This document shows positions 43,358-55,100 of a DNA stretch of 64,000 bases, one piece after another. The DNA comes from Callorhinchus milii (lineage: Eukaryota). The stretch is from contig NW_024704742.1 of NCBI RefSeq assembly GCF_018977255.1, positions 73,224,001 through 73,288,000 of the forward strand, read 5' to 3'. Under the pieces are notes generated by a model that was not told the DNA's origin, did not search any database, and saw only the letters and a list, made by a program, of their open reading frames with translations. How positions within the stretch are numbered: position 1 is the stretch's first letter; the number at the start of each line of letters is the position of its first letter. A program made the position numbers and the translations under genes.

Positions 43358-44319
43358 GAACTCACACTGGTCGAAAGGTCTGCATCAACTAAAAAGGATC
43401 CATTAAGTTGCTGAATAATGTTCCTTTAAGAATGGATTTTATCTCATTTTTCAAATCTTTACATTTCTTATGCTTTAGATTTCTTTACAAATAGTCTACT
43501 ATAAAGCTCACCAAGAACAAAATCTGATCAAGTATGTTTCTCCAATGTTGCGTCGCGAAAACGATTAAAGAATGCCTTGAGAATAACAGGAATGTTCTCG
43601 TTTCATAATAGAATTCAACCCACAACAACCTGCATTTGTATAGCGCCCTTCAAGTAGAGTAACAGCTTGAAACACTTTTACAGAGATAGTACTGGAGGAC
43701 GGAGGTGACTTACGGCTCGGTCGAGAAAGGTATATTTTAGCCAGGTTTTGAAGACAGATAGGGAGAGGGTAAGATAGAGGGAGGGAATTCCAGAAGGTGA
43801 GGGGCATAGAGGCTGAGAGCTTGGCTGCTTTTTGGGGAGCAAAGGGGGCAAGAGGATATACAGCAAGCCTGAAATAACTGAGTAGAGACAGTGTCCTTTG
43901 GAGCTGTCCATCTAAGGATGGTCAAAAATATTCTGTTAAAGGCTAGTTCAGCCCCATTATAACGCAGTTTGGGATTTCATGGACGCCAACCACTGCATTA
44001 TAATTGGGCTCTACTTTAGTGTCATTAAATCTTCAATGTTCCCTTGGATAAACAGACAGGATTGCAAAGGTTAAGATATTATCTGAAAGTTGGCATCTCC
44101 AACAATGTAACACTCCCTTAGACCTTGGACAGTGAGCTCAGACTGTGGGGCTAAAACCCACAACCTTCTGTCCCAGATACAAGAGGGCTACTGACTGACT
44201 CAAAAAACAAAGAAAAAAGGTTGACGTTGAAAACATGAAAGTGAGGGAATGATGCGAAAAGGGAAAAACATGAAAATAAACAGCAAACTACATATTTTAA
44301 ATGAAACAAATTTCCACTT

Positions 44320-44560
44320 AAAGGCCCAGTGGGTCTTGCTATACAGAACAGAAAGTCGCAGTTTGAATCCTGGTCTGTGCTGAGTTAACTGATCTCCGAC
44401 TGATCTACAATTCAATCTTCCTGGATTGGGAAGATGAAATAAGACAGGATTCTCACTCCTGCTCACTATCTAGACACTCCTGCTGGCAAGAATATGTGCG
44501 TGAATATTATTTGATATCAGGTTTGGTTTGATGATTGAATAATAGCTATTTTGCAGTTAC
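44320..44560 (+). mobile_element. older SINE-like repeat (family C); second copy ~15680-15900 (-)
   Basis: B-box-like GTTTGAATCC then GGTCTGTGCTGAGTTAACTGATCTC..CTCCTGCTCACTATCTAG; diverged reverse-complement match at 15680-15900. Confidence 0.5.
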
Positions 44561-44629
44561 CATTGTTGTGGAAGCAAATCCCAGTAGAAGGGAGAAAAAT
44601 GGAGGAAAAATGTGAAAGCAAGAAATAGT

Positions 44630-45011
44630 TATAATAATTCTTGTATTTGGTATAGCACCTTATCATGTCTTTGAGACGTCTCAAAGCACTTCACAGAATA
44701 TACTGTAAAGTGAATTGACTTTATATTTTGTGGGTGAACTACGGCAGCCAATCGCGCACAGCAGTGTCCCACAAATAGTCGAGGATTGAGTGACCAAATT
44801 ATTATTTTTTTTAAAATGCATTTTTGTTTTGAAGGAATTATTACCCCCGGAAAGGCGATCCATTAATTGACTAACAACTGGGTTCCTACTTACCACTGGG
44901 TAAATAGAGGCGTGTGGAGAAAGGAAACTTGCCCAATGCTTCACCCTGGAATCAAACCCAGGTTCTCTTGCTTGCGAGGCGAGTGCTCTAACCACTGAGC
45001 TACAGGACTCC
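44630..45011 (-). mobile_element. SINE family A, long form
   Basis: Full-length. Confidence 0.9.
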
Positions 45012-46216
45012 ACAGATGTGTTTGCAGAGCAGTAATTACACCAGCTTAGGTGAAATAACCTTTATCTTTGTGTTTCTTCCTGCATCCACACCTATGAGCA
45101 CAAAGGAAAATATGTACAGATCAGCTCTGTACACATGGGAGGGTACAGTGAGATCATCAGTAAGGCAGTTTCACCAGATTTTTTATTGTATTTAACTGCT
45201 AAAGAAATAGCAATATTACACTAAAATAGCAGGATTGATAATTTCTTTCCTGCAATGTTTGTCTTTGTCAAGGGAAGGAGTGGTAGAAGATGGCTGTCCC
45301 TTATGATGGTATCTTGCATAGGAGATGTCTTCCACCCTATCCTGTAACTGATGCGGGTGCATATGCTCAAATGCATCGCACAGGCCTGGATAACATACTC
45401 AGATGCATCTGGATAACTAGTCACTGAGCCCTTTTCCCTTGGAATGACAAGTTATCAGGAGTTTTACTATATACAGTATGTGATGCTCTCATTTAATTGA
45501 TTTCGATACTCTTAAACATATTGCTGGGTTTCACAATGCTGACTGAATAAAATCTCTGAGCTCACCATCACTGATAAGGCCATCTCTGCCTCTCCTCATT
45601 TCCCTCCCCTTTCATATCCCTCTTCTCTCTGCTAAACCCTACACTTCCTCATTCCACCCCCTGAAAAAACTCCTTCCTCAATTCCTCTCAAATGCCTTGC
45701 AGCTTCAAAAAATAATCCCTTAAAAATTTTGAAAAATAATAATTTGGTCACTCAGTCCACGATAATTGTGGGATTCTACTGTGCGCAATTGGTTGACATG
45801 TTTCGTCCATAAAATATACAGTCACTCCACTTTCCAGTGTATTCTGTGAAGCACTTTGAGACTTCTCCAAGACATGATAAGGCGCTATATCAATGCAAGG
45901 AATATTTTATTATTCTGATCTTATCTCTCTAGCCCTCCACCCGCCGTGACCTTGATCCCACCGTCAAGCTGCTAAACAGCTGCCTCTCTTCCATGTGTAA
46001 CAAACTTGCCTCCTCGAAATCCAGAACCATCTCCCACCTCACCTGCTCCCTTTGGTTTCCTCCAAATCCCATGCATTTGAATGTAGATGACATACTACCA
46101 GTCGTGTAGTCAATCACCCCAATTCAGGCTCGACTACCTCTCTGAATACTGCCTCTCCTTCTCTGAAGCTGAAACCTCATTCTAGTCCAAGGCCATCCTT
46201 AGGGTCAAGGACATGT

Positions 46217-46527
46217 GGAGTCCTGCAGCTCAGTGGTTAGAGCACTCGCCTTGCAAACGAGACACCTGGGTTCACTTCCAGGCAGGGCAAAACCTTGGGC
46301 AAGTTTCCTTACTCCACACGCCTAATAATAATCCCTCCAAAAAACAAAACAATAAATTGGTCATTTTCAATCCACGACTGTTTGTGGAACACCGCTGTGC
46401 GCAATTGGCTGCCGTGTTTCGCCCACATATATACAGCCAATTCACTTTACATCTATTCTGTGAAGTGCTTTGAGACATCTAGAAGATGTGAAAAGCGGTA
46501 TATCAAATGCAAGGATTATTATTATTA
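46217..46527 (+). mobile_element. SINE family A, short form
   Basis: Full-length. Confidence 0.9.
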
Positions 46528-46925
46528 TACTCAGCACCTCTTATCCACCACCACTCCATTGTTGTGGTAAACATCAGCCGGGAGGAAGGGCTCTGGCCTA
46601 CACTGACCTATTGCCGAATACCCTAGAGGCAGAACCAGCTTCACAGCGAGCACAGCTATTCGCCAAAGTCCCTCACATTAAGCAACCTGAACCTGGATTA
46701 AGCAACTGGTGCTGAGTAAGTATGGTACTTGGAATTGGACCTCGAGAACATCAAGATGACTGGCATGTCACAAGCTGCCCTGTAAAGGTCAGATGCCCGT
46801 CAGATAGCTGATGATGAAACTCTGAGACCTGGGGTTACAGCTGACGGAAGGCATCTGTGAACACATTTGTGAACACATGTTCATATATCCTGGGCTTGGA
46901 ATCCACCTTGACTTGTTTACAAAGA

Positions 46926-47766
46926 AATAACAAGAAAATTACATTTCTAAAGCGCCTTTCACATCGGGAGGATGTCCCAGGCACTGAACAGTCAGGGATC
47001 AGGACGCGAGCATGGGGTGGCAGGATTGGGATGAGGGAGGGCAGAAGGGGTAGGAGGGCGGTTGAAAGCATGATCAAAAAAGGAAGGTCTTTAGTCGTGT
47101 CTTGAAGGAGGCAAGACAGGGAGCAAGGTGAAGGGATTGTGAGATGGAGTTCCAAAGAGTGGGGTCAGAGAGGGTGAAAGCCCAGCAGCCGATGGTAGGG
47201 TGGGTTGGGAGGAAGACCTGGAGCAGGCCGGAGCCTGCTGAGTGGAGGGAATGGACAGGCTGATAGGGGGTCAGAGGAGGGGGTCTTTAAAGGGAGGACG
47301 AGGATTTTGAATTCTATCCTCTGAGGGATGGAGAGCCAGTGGAGCCAAGTGTGGGTGATGGAGTCACGGAGCCTGGTGCAGGAGAGGACACAAGCTGCAG
47401 AGTGTTGGATGATCTGCAGCTTGTGGAGGGAAGAGCTGGGGAGGCCGAAAAACAGGGAGATTCTGTAGTCGAGCCTTGAGGTGACGAATGCGTGTATGAC
47501 AGTTTCGGTGGCCTGAGGGTTGAGGCAATGGCAGAGTCGGGCAATGTTGTGGAGGTGGAGGTAGGCAGAGTGGGTCATGGCACAGATATGGGGGAGAAAG
47601 TACAGTTGAGGGTCGAACAAGATGCCCAGGTTCCTAACTGGCTTGGTGAGGTGGAGTGTGCATTCGTGGATGCTGATGCTGCCAATGCCTGAGGTGCGGA
47701 GGTGATGGCGCGAGCAAGAATGTCTTGCTGACATTCATCCAAGTCTCATCCAGGACTTGATGTCAG
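46926..47766 (-). mobile_element. L2 3' fragment
   Basis: VRNLGILFDPQL..IHAFVTSRLDY..LHWLSIPQRIEFKI; tail. Confidence 0.88.
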
Positions 47767-48769
47767 ATCTTGACATAAGCACCTGCTGTTCATGCTCCAG
47801 AGCTCCAACTGGTGGAACCATCACTCAATGGGAAGTGATGCATGTCTGAGCCGTAGGCAAGAAGATGGTAGCAGTGCTCGTCAACTGTATAGAGTGCCTT
47901 GGTCATGCCCCCATCTGGAGTACTGTTTTCAGTGGAGTGTGGGTTGGATCTGTCACTAGGTGGGTGGCAGGTACCAGGAACTCCATCTGAGCTTCCTGGT
48001 GCGCAACACAGCTCAGCATGTAATACACAAGAATATTGCCACCATCTTCCTGCCTATAGTTCAGACATACATCCCTTTCCATTGAGCAATAGTCCCACCA
48101 GTTGGAGGTGTGGAGTTTGAGCAGCAGCTACTTACCTTTATAAACCAGTCAAGGTGGATTGCAAGCACCAGATGTGCAAACACGTGTCAGTCTGGTGCAG
48201 TGGTAGCAAACCTGCTTCTGAGATTGTGGGTTTAATAATAATAATAATAATAATAATCCTTGCATTTGATATAGCGCTTTTCACGTCAGGAGGACGTCCC
48301 AAAGCGCTTCACAGAACACACTCGGGACTCACATAGTCTAAGCTGACACTCCAATGCAGTGCTGGGGGTGGGGGTGTGTGTTGTATTGTCGGAGGTGCAA
48401 TACTTTGAATGAGATGTTAAACCGAGGTCCCGTCTGCCTGTTCAGGTGGACAGTAAAGATCCCGTGGAGCTATTCGAAAAGACAAGGGAACCTCTCATGG
48501 CGTCCCGGCCCACAAACACCCCCAAATAAACCTGGCGAGCCACTCGGTGGCTGCTCGCAGGACGCCCTCGCGATGGGAAAGGCGCTGCACAAATATAATG
48601 CTGTTGTTGTTGTTGTTGTTGTTGTTGGGCACACATTGGCTGTGAAGCGCTTCGAGACGCCTCGAAGGCGTGCTCAGGCGGTACCTCAAAGGCACGGATT
48701 GTTATCATCATCGCTGCTATCAGCGTGTGGTCTCTGCCGCCAAACTGATTCTCTGGATCAGTTGAAGCC

Positions 48770-49003
48770 GATTAACGGAGGGCGGACGCGAACCCCGACC
48801 CCGGGCGGCGCCGCTCGCTCTCCGCTGCCCCGCGGGAGGGGGGGGGGAGGGGGAGCACCGTGACGCTCGCTGCCCGTTTCCACAGCAACAGGGCCGAGGG
48901 CTGACCCGGAAGTGACGTAGGGGCGGGCGCGGGCGGGCGGGTGTGTGTGTGTGTGTGCGCGCGGGGGCGCGCGCGGCCAGTCAGCCCGGACCAGAGACAG
49001 GAG
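48770..49003 (+). promoter_or_regulatory. NANS CpG-island promoter / 5' UTR
   Basis: CpG-dense. RFX X-box-like GTTTCCACAGCAAC (48876-48889), overlapping ETS-CRE CCGGAAGTGACGT (48906-48918), GC boxes and a (GT)n run just upstream of the ATG. Confidence 0.75.
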
Positions 49004-49135
49004 ATGCCTCGCGAGTTTGAGCTGTGCCCGGGGCGCCCCATCGGCGGGGACCAGCCCTGCTTCATCATCGCCGAGATCGGCCAGAACCACCAGGGAGACC
49101 TGGAGATAGCCAAGAAGATGATCCGGATGGCCAAG
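49004..49135 (+). CDS. NANS: NANS exon 1 coding (132 bp)
   Basis: MPREFELCPGRPIGGDQPCFIIAEIGQNHQGDLEIAKKMIRMAK|gtaccc. Confidence 0.95.
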
Positions 49136-52100
49136 GTACCCACACACCCACCCACCCACCGTGTTGTGGGGAGCCTCCTGTGCTCCCGCCTCCACTCCCA
49201 GGCAGTGAGGGAAGGGGGAGCACTATGTTAAATTGGGCACAGCTGCCAACACTGGATCTTGGATCTCACTGGTCTAAGCTGACACTCCAGTGCAGTGTCG
49301 GGGGTGGGGGGTATTCTTCGGATGAGGCATTAAACTGAGAACCAACAGTGGTGTTCATCTGGTTTATGACTACCTTGTGTGGCTCGGAGCTGAGCATAGT
49401 ATAGGCTCGAGCCCTAAATAAATATGTATACACTTACACCGTGGAAGCTGCTTTAGCTGGACGCCAGGTATATCAACCCTGATGTGGAGTCCTGTAGCTC
49501 AGTGGTTAGAGCACTCGTCTCTCAAGCCAGAGACCTGGGTTTGATTCCCGGCACGGCGAAACCAAACCCTGGGCAAGTTTCCTTACTCCACACGCCTGAT
49601 AATACTCCACTGTCACAGGATAGTTTAAAGCATTGGCCGCAGAATGTGCATGTTTACGAATCCAATAGTGTTTTCTTGTTCAATGTTTTTTTTTCTAATT
49701 TGTAGGTTAAGTAGCTTTGATGAGGTAGATCTACAAAGTTGTAGAAAAAGATTTTTTTTATTGAAAGCGGGTGTGCAAAGTATTAATAATAATCCATACA
49801 TTTGATATAGGGACTGACTGCTATATCTCAAGGGCTAGAATAGAGAGGTATGGGAGAGGGATGGAAGCTTGCTTGGCATATAAATATTGGTACAAACTTG
49901 TTGGAATGAATGATTTGCTTCTATGCTGTAATGTTCTATAATTATGTAATCTTGGGCCAATGAAAAGCACTTAGAAAGTGGTTTGGCCAATGTTTTCCCA
50001 CGTTATCTTGTATTTAACGTGCTATTCAATAAGGGCCAGGAATAAATTAATTTCATATAGAAAGCTTTTGTGTAAAATGAATAGTTTAATACATGGTTTA
50101 GAATGTAAAGATTTTAAATTTTTTATAATATATTTGGTGGAAACGGTTTCAATGACAACTTTCACAAGAGAATTGGATAGGTACTTGAAAAGGAAAATTT
50201 GAAAGGATATGGGGAAAGACTGAATGGGTAGCTCTTCCAAAGAGCCGTACAGGCATGATGGCTGAATGGCCTCCTTCTTGTTCTGTAATTTGCAATGATT
50301 CTATGATTTATGGTTGAAAATAATGAGATTCCCTTTAAGTCAACCAAAGCGTCAGGCAGCGTTCATCCAAATACTGATTTTACAGTAAAAAACTCAGGCA
50401 AAAAAACTTGTTGAAAAATTTTTTAAAACATCTTGTCACTTTAACTGCAGGCAGGCAGGCAGGCACCAGGCCACCGCCCCAAATTTGAACAGTCCTCCAT
50501 TAAAATGAGAGTGAACTTCAGTATAATGCAGTCCTCAATCCCCCACTCACGCACCTTTAATACATCATGAGAGATTGGCATAAAAGCATAGACATTTACA
50601 GAACAGAAGGAGGCCATTTGGACTATCGGCTTTCATAAAAGAGCTATAACTTTCCTTTTCAGTTAGTTACCTACTAGCTCTGATAATAACCAACTGAAGG
50701 AACTGCTTTGTCCGTATAGGAGAGTTTCAGTGTGGCATCCTGAGCCTCTCCCCTCTTGTGGTGATGCATCTCCCATTGATATTGGAGTCTCCGGTATTGT
50801 TGAGGGATGGTGGTGGATAAACCGGTTTAGACAATGCGTAAGATCACAAAGATCACATTTCTTAAATGTGTCCAGGGTTCTTTTTAATTAATGTTTTTAC
50901 TTAATTGTTCAAACCTCTATTTACTGTATAAATTGCAACACAAGAGCTCATTAATATTTAAATCAAGATTTTGTTTAAAATGTAAATATAAAAAGATTTA
51001 CAGCCGCGTTTATAAAGTTTGGAATATCTTTAAAGTACAATATAAATATTCTGTACAGTATAAATATTCTGATCCCAACAAAGAATTTATAAGTATGAAT
51101 TTGGCTTTGATGATGGTATTCTTAACTCAGGGTCAGAAGGTGTGGGTCAGGCCAGAGACTAATCTGACTTCTTAGATGCAGTACTGGGAGAGCACTGATT
51201 TATGGAAAGTATTGTCCGTCAGAGCTGTTAAAACTAGTTTCTTTCTGCCTCTTGTTTAAATGGATGTTAATATGACTATATGAAAGCTGAGATAATTTCT
51301 CCTGTCTATTGGCCAACCAACCTCCAAATAAAACAAAAACAGAGAGGGCTGGGAAAACTCAGCAGGTCAGGTAGCATCTATAGAGAAAGGAAAGTCAGTC
51401 AACGTTTCGGGTCCACGACCCTTCATCAGATCTGGGGCATGTTGGGAGGGAGAGGTTTTAATAATAATAATAATAATCCTTGCATTTGATATAGCGCTTT
51501 TCCCCCATCCCCAAGGAGGATAGCCACAAGTTGGTCATTTGACATCCAATATGACAGTTTTTAGCCCTCGATTGATGGATGACAGGTAGCAGAAACTCCC
51601 TGTGAGCTTCCTGATAGGCAACAAAGCAACACATGAAATACGTGAGAGGAATGCCATCATCTTCCTGTCCCCCAGCTTGGGCGCACATCCCTTCCCATTT
51701 AGCGATAGTTCTGCCAATTGGAGCTGCAGAGTTTGAGCAGCAGCTGCTTAACTCCCTGCAAACCAATCAGGATGGATTTCAAGCGCTGTATGTACAAATG
51801 CAGGTTCTCAAACTCGGACTCCAGGTAAAGCTTTCCAGCAGCTGTTGCCTCAAGCCTCAGAGTTTCCTCATCAGCTACGTTGACAAAGAGGTGATGGAGA
51901 AGGAGAGCATGATCAACAGTGTCAAAGACAGTCGAGAGATTGAGGAGAACAAAGAGGAAGCAAGAGTCCTGGCCATAGAGAGAGAATGTCATTGATGACT
52001 TTGACCAGGGTAGTCTTGGTATTATGAGCAGGTAGAAACAGGATTGGAGATGTTCGTGCCTGTCCGACATCAAGTCCTGGACGAGGGCCGACTTTCTCCA

Positions 52101-55100
52101 ACTCAATGTCAGCAAGACCGAGGCCCTCCTGATTGGCTCGTGCCAGCACCTCTGCACCTTAAGCACTGGCAGCATCAGCCTCCATGGCTGCACACTCAAC
52201 CTCACTAAGGCAGTCAGGAACCTGGGTGCCTTGTTTGACCCTGAACTGTCCTTTCTCCCCCACATCCGCACCACGACCGGCACTGCCTACCACCACCTCC
52301 GTAACTTTGCCAGTCTCCACCACTGCCTCACCCCTCAGGCTGCCGAAACCCTCACCCACTCATTTGACACCTCAAGGCTCGATTACGGGAACTGCCTTCT
52401 CATCTTTTCCAACTCTTCCCTTCACAAGCTGCAGATCATCCAAAACTCTGCAGCTCGTGTACTCTCACACACCAGGCTCCGTGACCCTATCACTCCCACA
52501 CTCGCCCAACTCCAATGGCTCCGCATCCCCCAGAGAATCGAGTTCAAGATCCTTGTCCTCACCTTTAAGGCCATCCATGGCCTTGCCCCCTCCTACCTCT
52601 CTGACCTGCTGACTCCCTACCAACCTGCCCGCTCCCTCCGTTCATCGGGCACCGGTCTGCTCCATGTCTCCCGCCCGACCCGCCCTACCATCGGTGGCCG
52701 GGCTTTCAGCCTCTCTGCCCCCACACTCTGGAACTTCATCCCACAGTCCCTTCGCCTCACTTCCTCCCTTGCCTCCTTCAAGGCCAGTCTCAAGATCCTC
52801 CTCTTCGACCGAGCCTTTGGTCTCCCTCCCACCTCACTCCCTTCCCTCACCCGTACACCACCCCTCCCCCATGCTCGGGCTGTTTGGGACGTCCTCCCGG
52901 CGTGAAAGGCGCTCTATAAAATGTAATTTGTTGTTGTTGTTGTTAGTGCCGGGAAAAGAAGAGGAGAAGCTGAGAAGCAGTATCTTGGAGAAAAGGAAGG
53001 TTGGAGATGGGATGGTAGTTAGGGAACAGGAATGGGTCAAGAGAGGTTTTCTTTACGAAGAGGATGATGACAGCTTTTTTGAAAGAGGCGGGGATTGCCC
53101 ATGGACAGTGGTGATTGAAGGTGTGTATTCATGGGTGGGGGGGAGCGGTGGTGGTAAGAGGTGGTGGAGCAGGGAGGTCAGGGTGCGGTTGGGGTCGAGG
53201 AAGCACTTGGTGGGTCTCATACGGGAGATGAGTGAAGAGGGTTGAAGGAGAGACTGGTCGAAGGTGTGGAGAGAGGGATGGGAGGTGGCCGAAGGGAATG
53301 GGGCTGGCAGCAGCAGAGTGAATCCTCAATTTTTGACCCATCATCACCTCGCATCGGCTTGACAACAGATTATTGAATCAAACTGAATCCACTGTGGTGG
53401 TCTTGGTAGTTTTTGTGTCATGTTGGCTCAGTTGGTAGCATTCTCACCTCTTGAGTTAGAAGGTTATGGGTACAAGCCCCACATCAGGACTTTGAACTCT
53501 CATAGTCCTGACACTTCAGTCAGTACAGGAGGTATGTTGCATTATTGGAGGTGCCGTCATTAAGATGATGTTAAACGGAGGGTTGTCTACCTGTTCAGGT
53601 GGACATTAATGATTCCATGACACTACTTAAAAAGAGAATGGAGTTTCTCCTAGTGACTTGGCCAAGAATCTCCCAGTTAAAATTTGCATACACTTCTTGG
53701 CTGTTTGTGGGACATTGTTGTGTGCAAATTGGCTACCATGTTCCCCTACAAAAATAAACCTTTTGAGACATCGTCATGATATTGTCAAATGTAAGGATTA
53801 TTAATACTTTTTCGAGTTAGATATGCAGGGTGTGTTCTTCCAGGGAGACAGTAGGGAACAATGGCAAATAAATGTGATAGTGGGAGATCAGAGAGGTTGA
53901 CTGTCACACACTAAAAGATTGACTGTCACACACAAAGTTGAGAATGCAGGTAATTGGCATGTAGGTGTGTGCTGTTAACAGCGCTGGCTGTTATGAGGGT
54001 TGATTTTTAAAAAAAAAATAAGTGATGTGTCAAAATTACTAATGTAAAGTTTCTCTTTCCAGGAATGCGGGGCAGACTGCGCCAAATTTCAGAAGAGTGA
54101 GTTGGAGTACAAATTTAACAAGCAAGCCCTTGCTAGGCCGTATGAATCCAAACACTCATGGGCAAAAATATATGGAGATCACAAGCGTCACCTGGAATTC
54201 AGTCACGAGCAGTACAGAGAGCTGCAGAAGTTCGCTCAGGAAGTTGGCATCTTCTTCACAGCATCTGGCATGGATGAGGTACATCACAATTTTAGATTTT
54301 ACTTTTCAGTATTTTGTTCACACAAACCTGCACTTGTCAGTGGCACCTGATACTCTGGAAATACTGACCAGCAATCGTGTTTTAGTTTGCCAGTGGCTGC
54401 AAATGAACTGTGCTTCCATTATAGTCAATCTGCATAGGTACAGTACAATATGTGTTATAACTGTATCAGCCTGTGTATCAGGGTGGCTCAGATGAGGTAG
54501 CACTCTTGCCTTTGAGTTAGAAGGTTATGGGTTCGAGCCCCATGTTGGGACTTGGAACTTGGATAGTCTAAGCCGACACTCTATTGCAATCCTGGGGATT
54601 GTTAGGGGTGTGGTTCTTTGGTTGAGATATTGTATTAAAGGCCTATCTGCCTGTTCAGCTAGTCAATGAAGATCCAGTGTCAATATTCAAAAAGAGAAGG
54701 GAGTTTCTCCAGGTATCCTGGCCAACAATCCCCCAAATAAAATTGGTCATTTGTTTCATGGCTGTTTGTGGGACATTGTTGAGCTGTCAATTATTATTAT
54801 CACCCTGTACTTGCCTCTTTTTGAAAGAGCTGAGCGATTTCATGGAGATGGGGGAAGGTTAAGCAAAGTAATAAAATGGCACAGATAGGCATATTATCTT
54901 CATAAGATAAGAGGTTAGATTCATTTTACAGTGAGATTATTACCATAGACACTATTGAAGTTGAATCGATTAACAGCACTTGAAAGAGGATTGGATAAAT
55001 ACTTGAGAAAGAAATATTAAGAGCCGTAGAGTAGGAACAAGTGAATAGGATTGGAGCAGGTGCCTCTAGTAGTGCTTTTAGAATAGGCTGAATACCCTTT

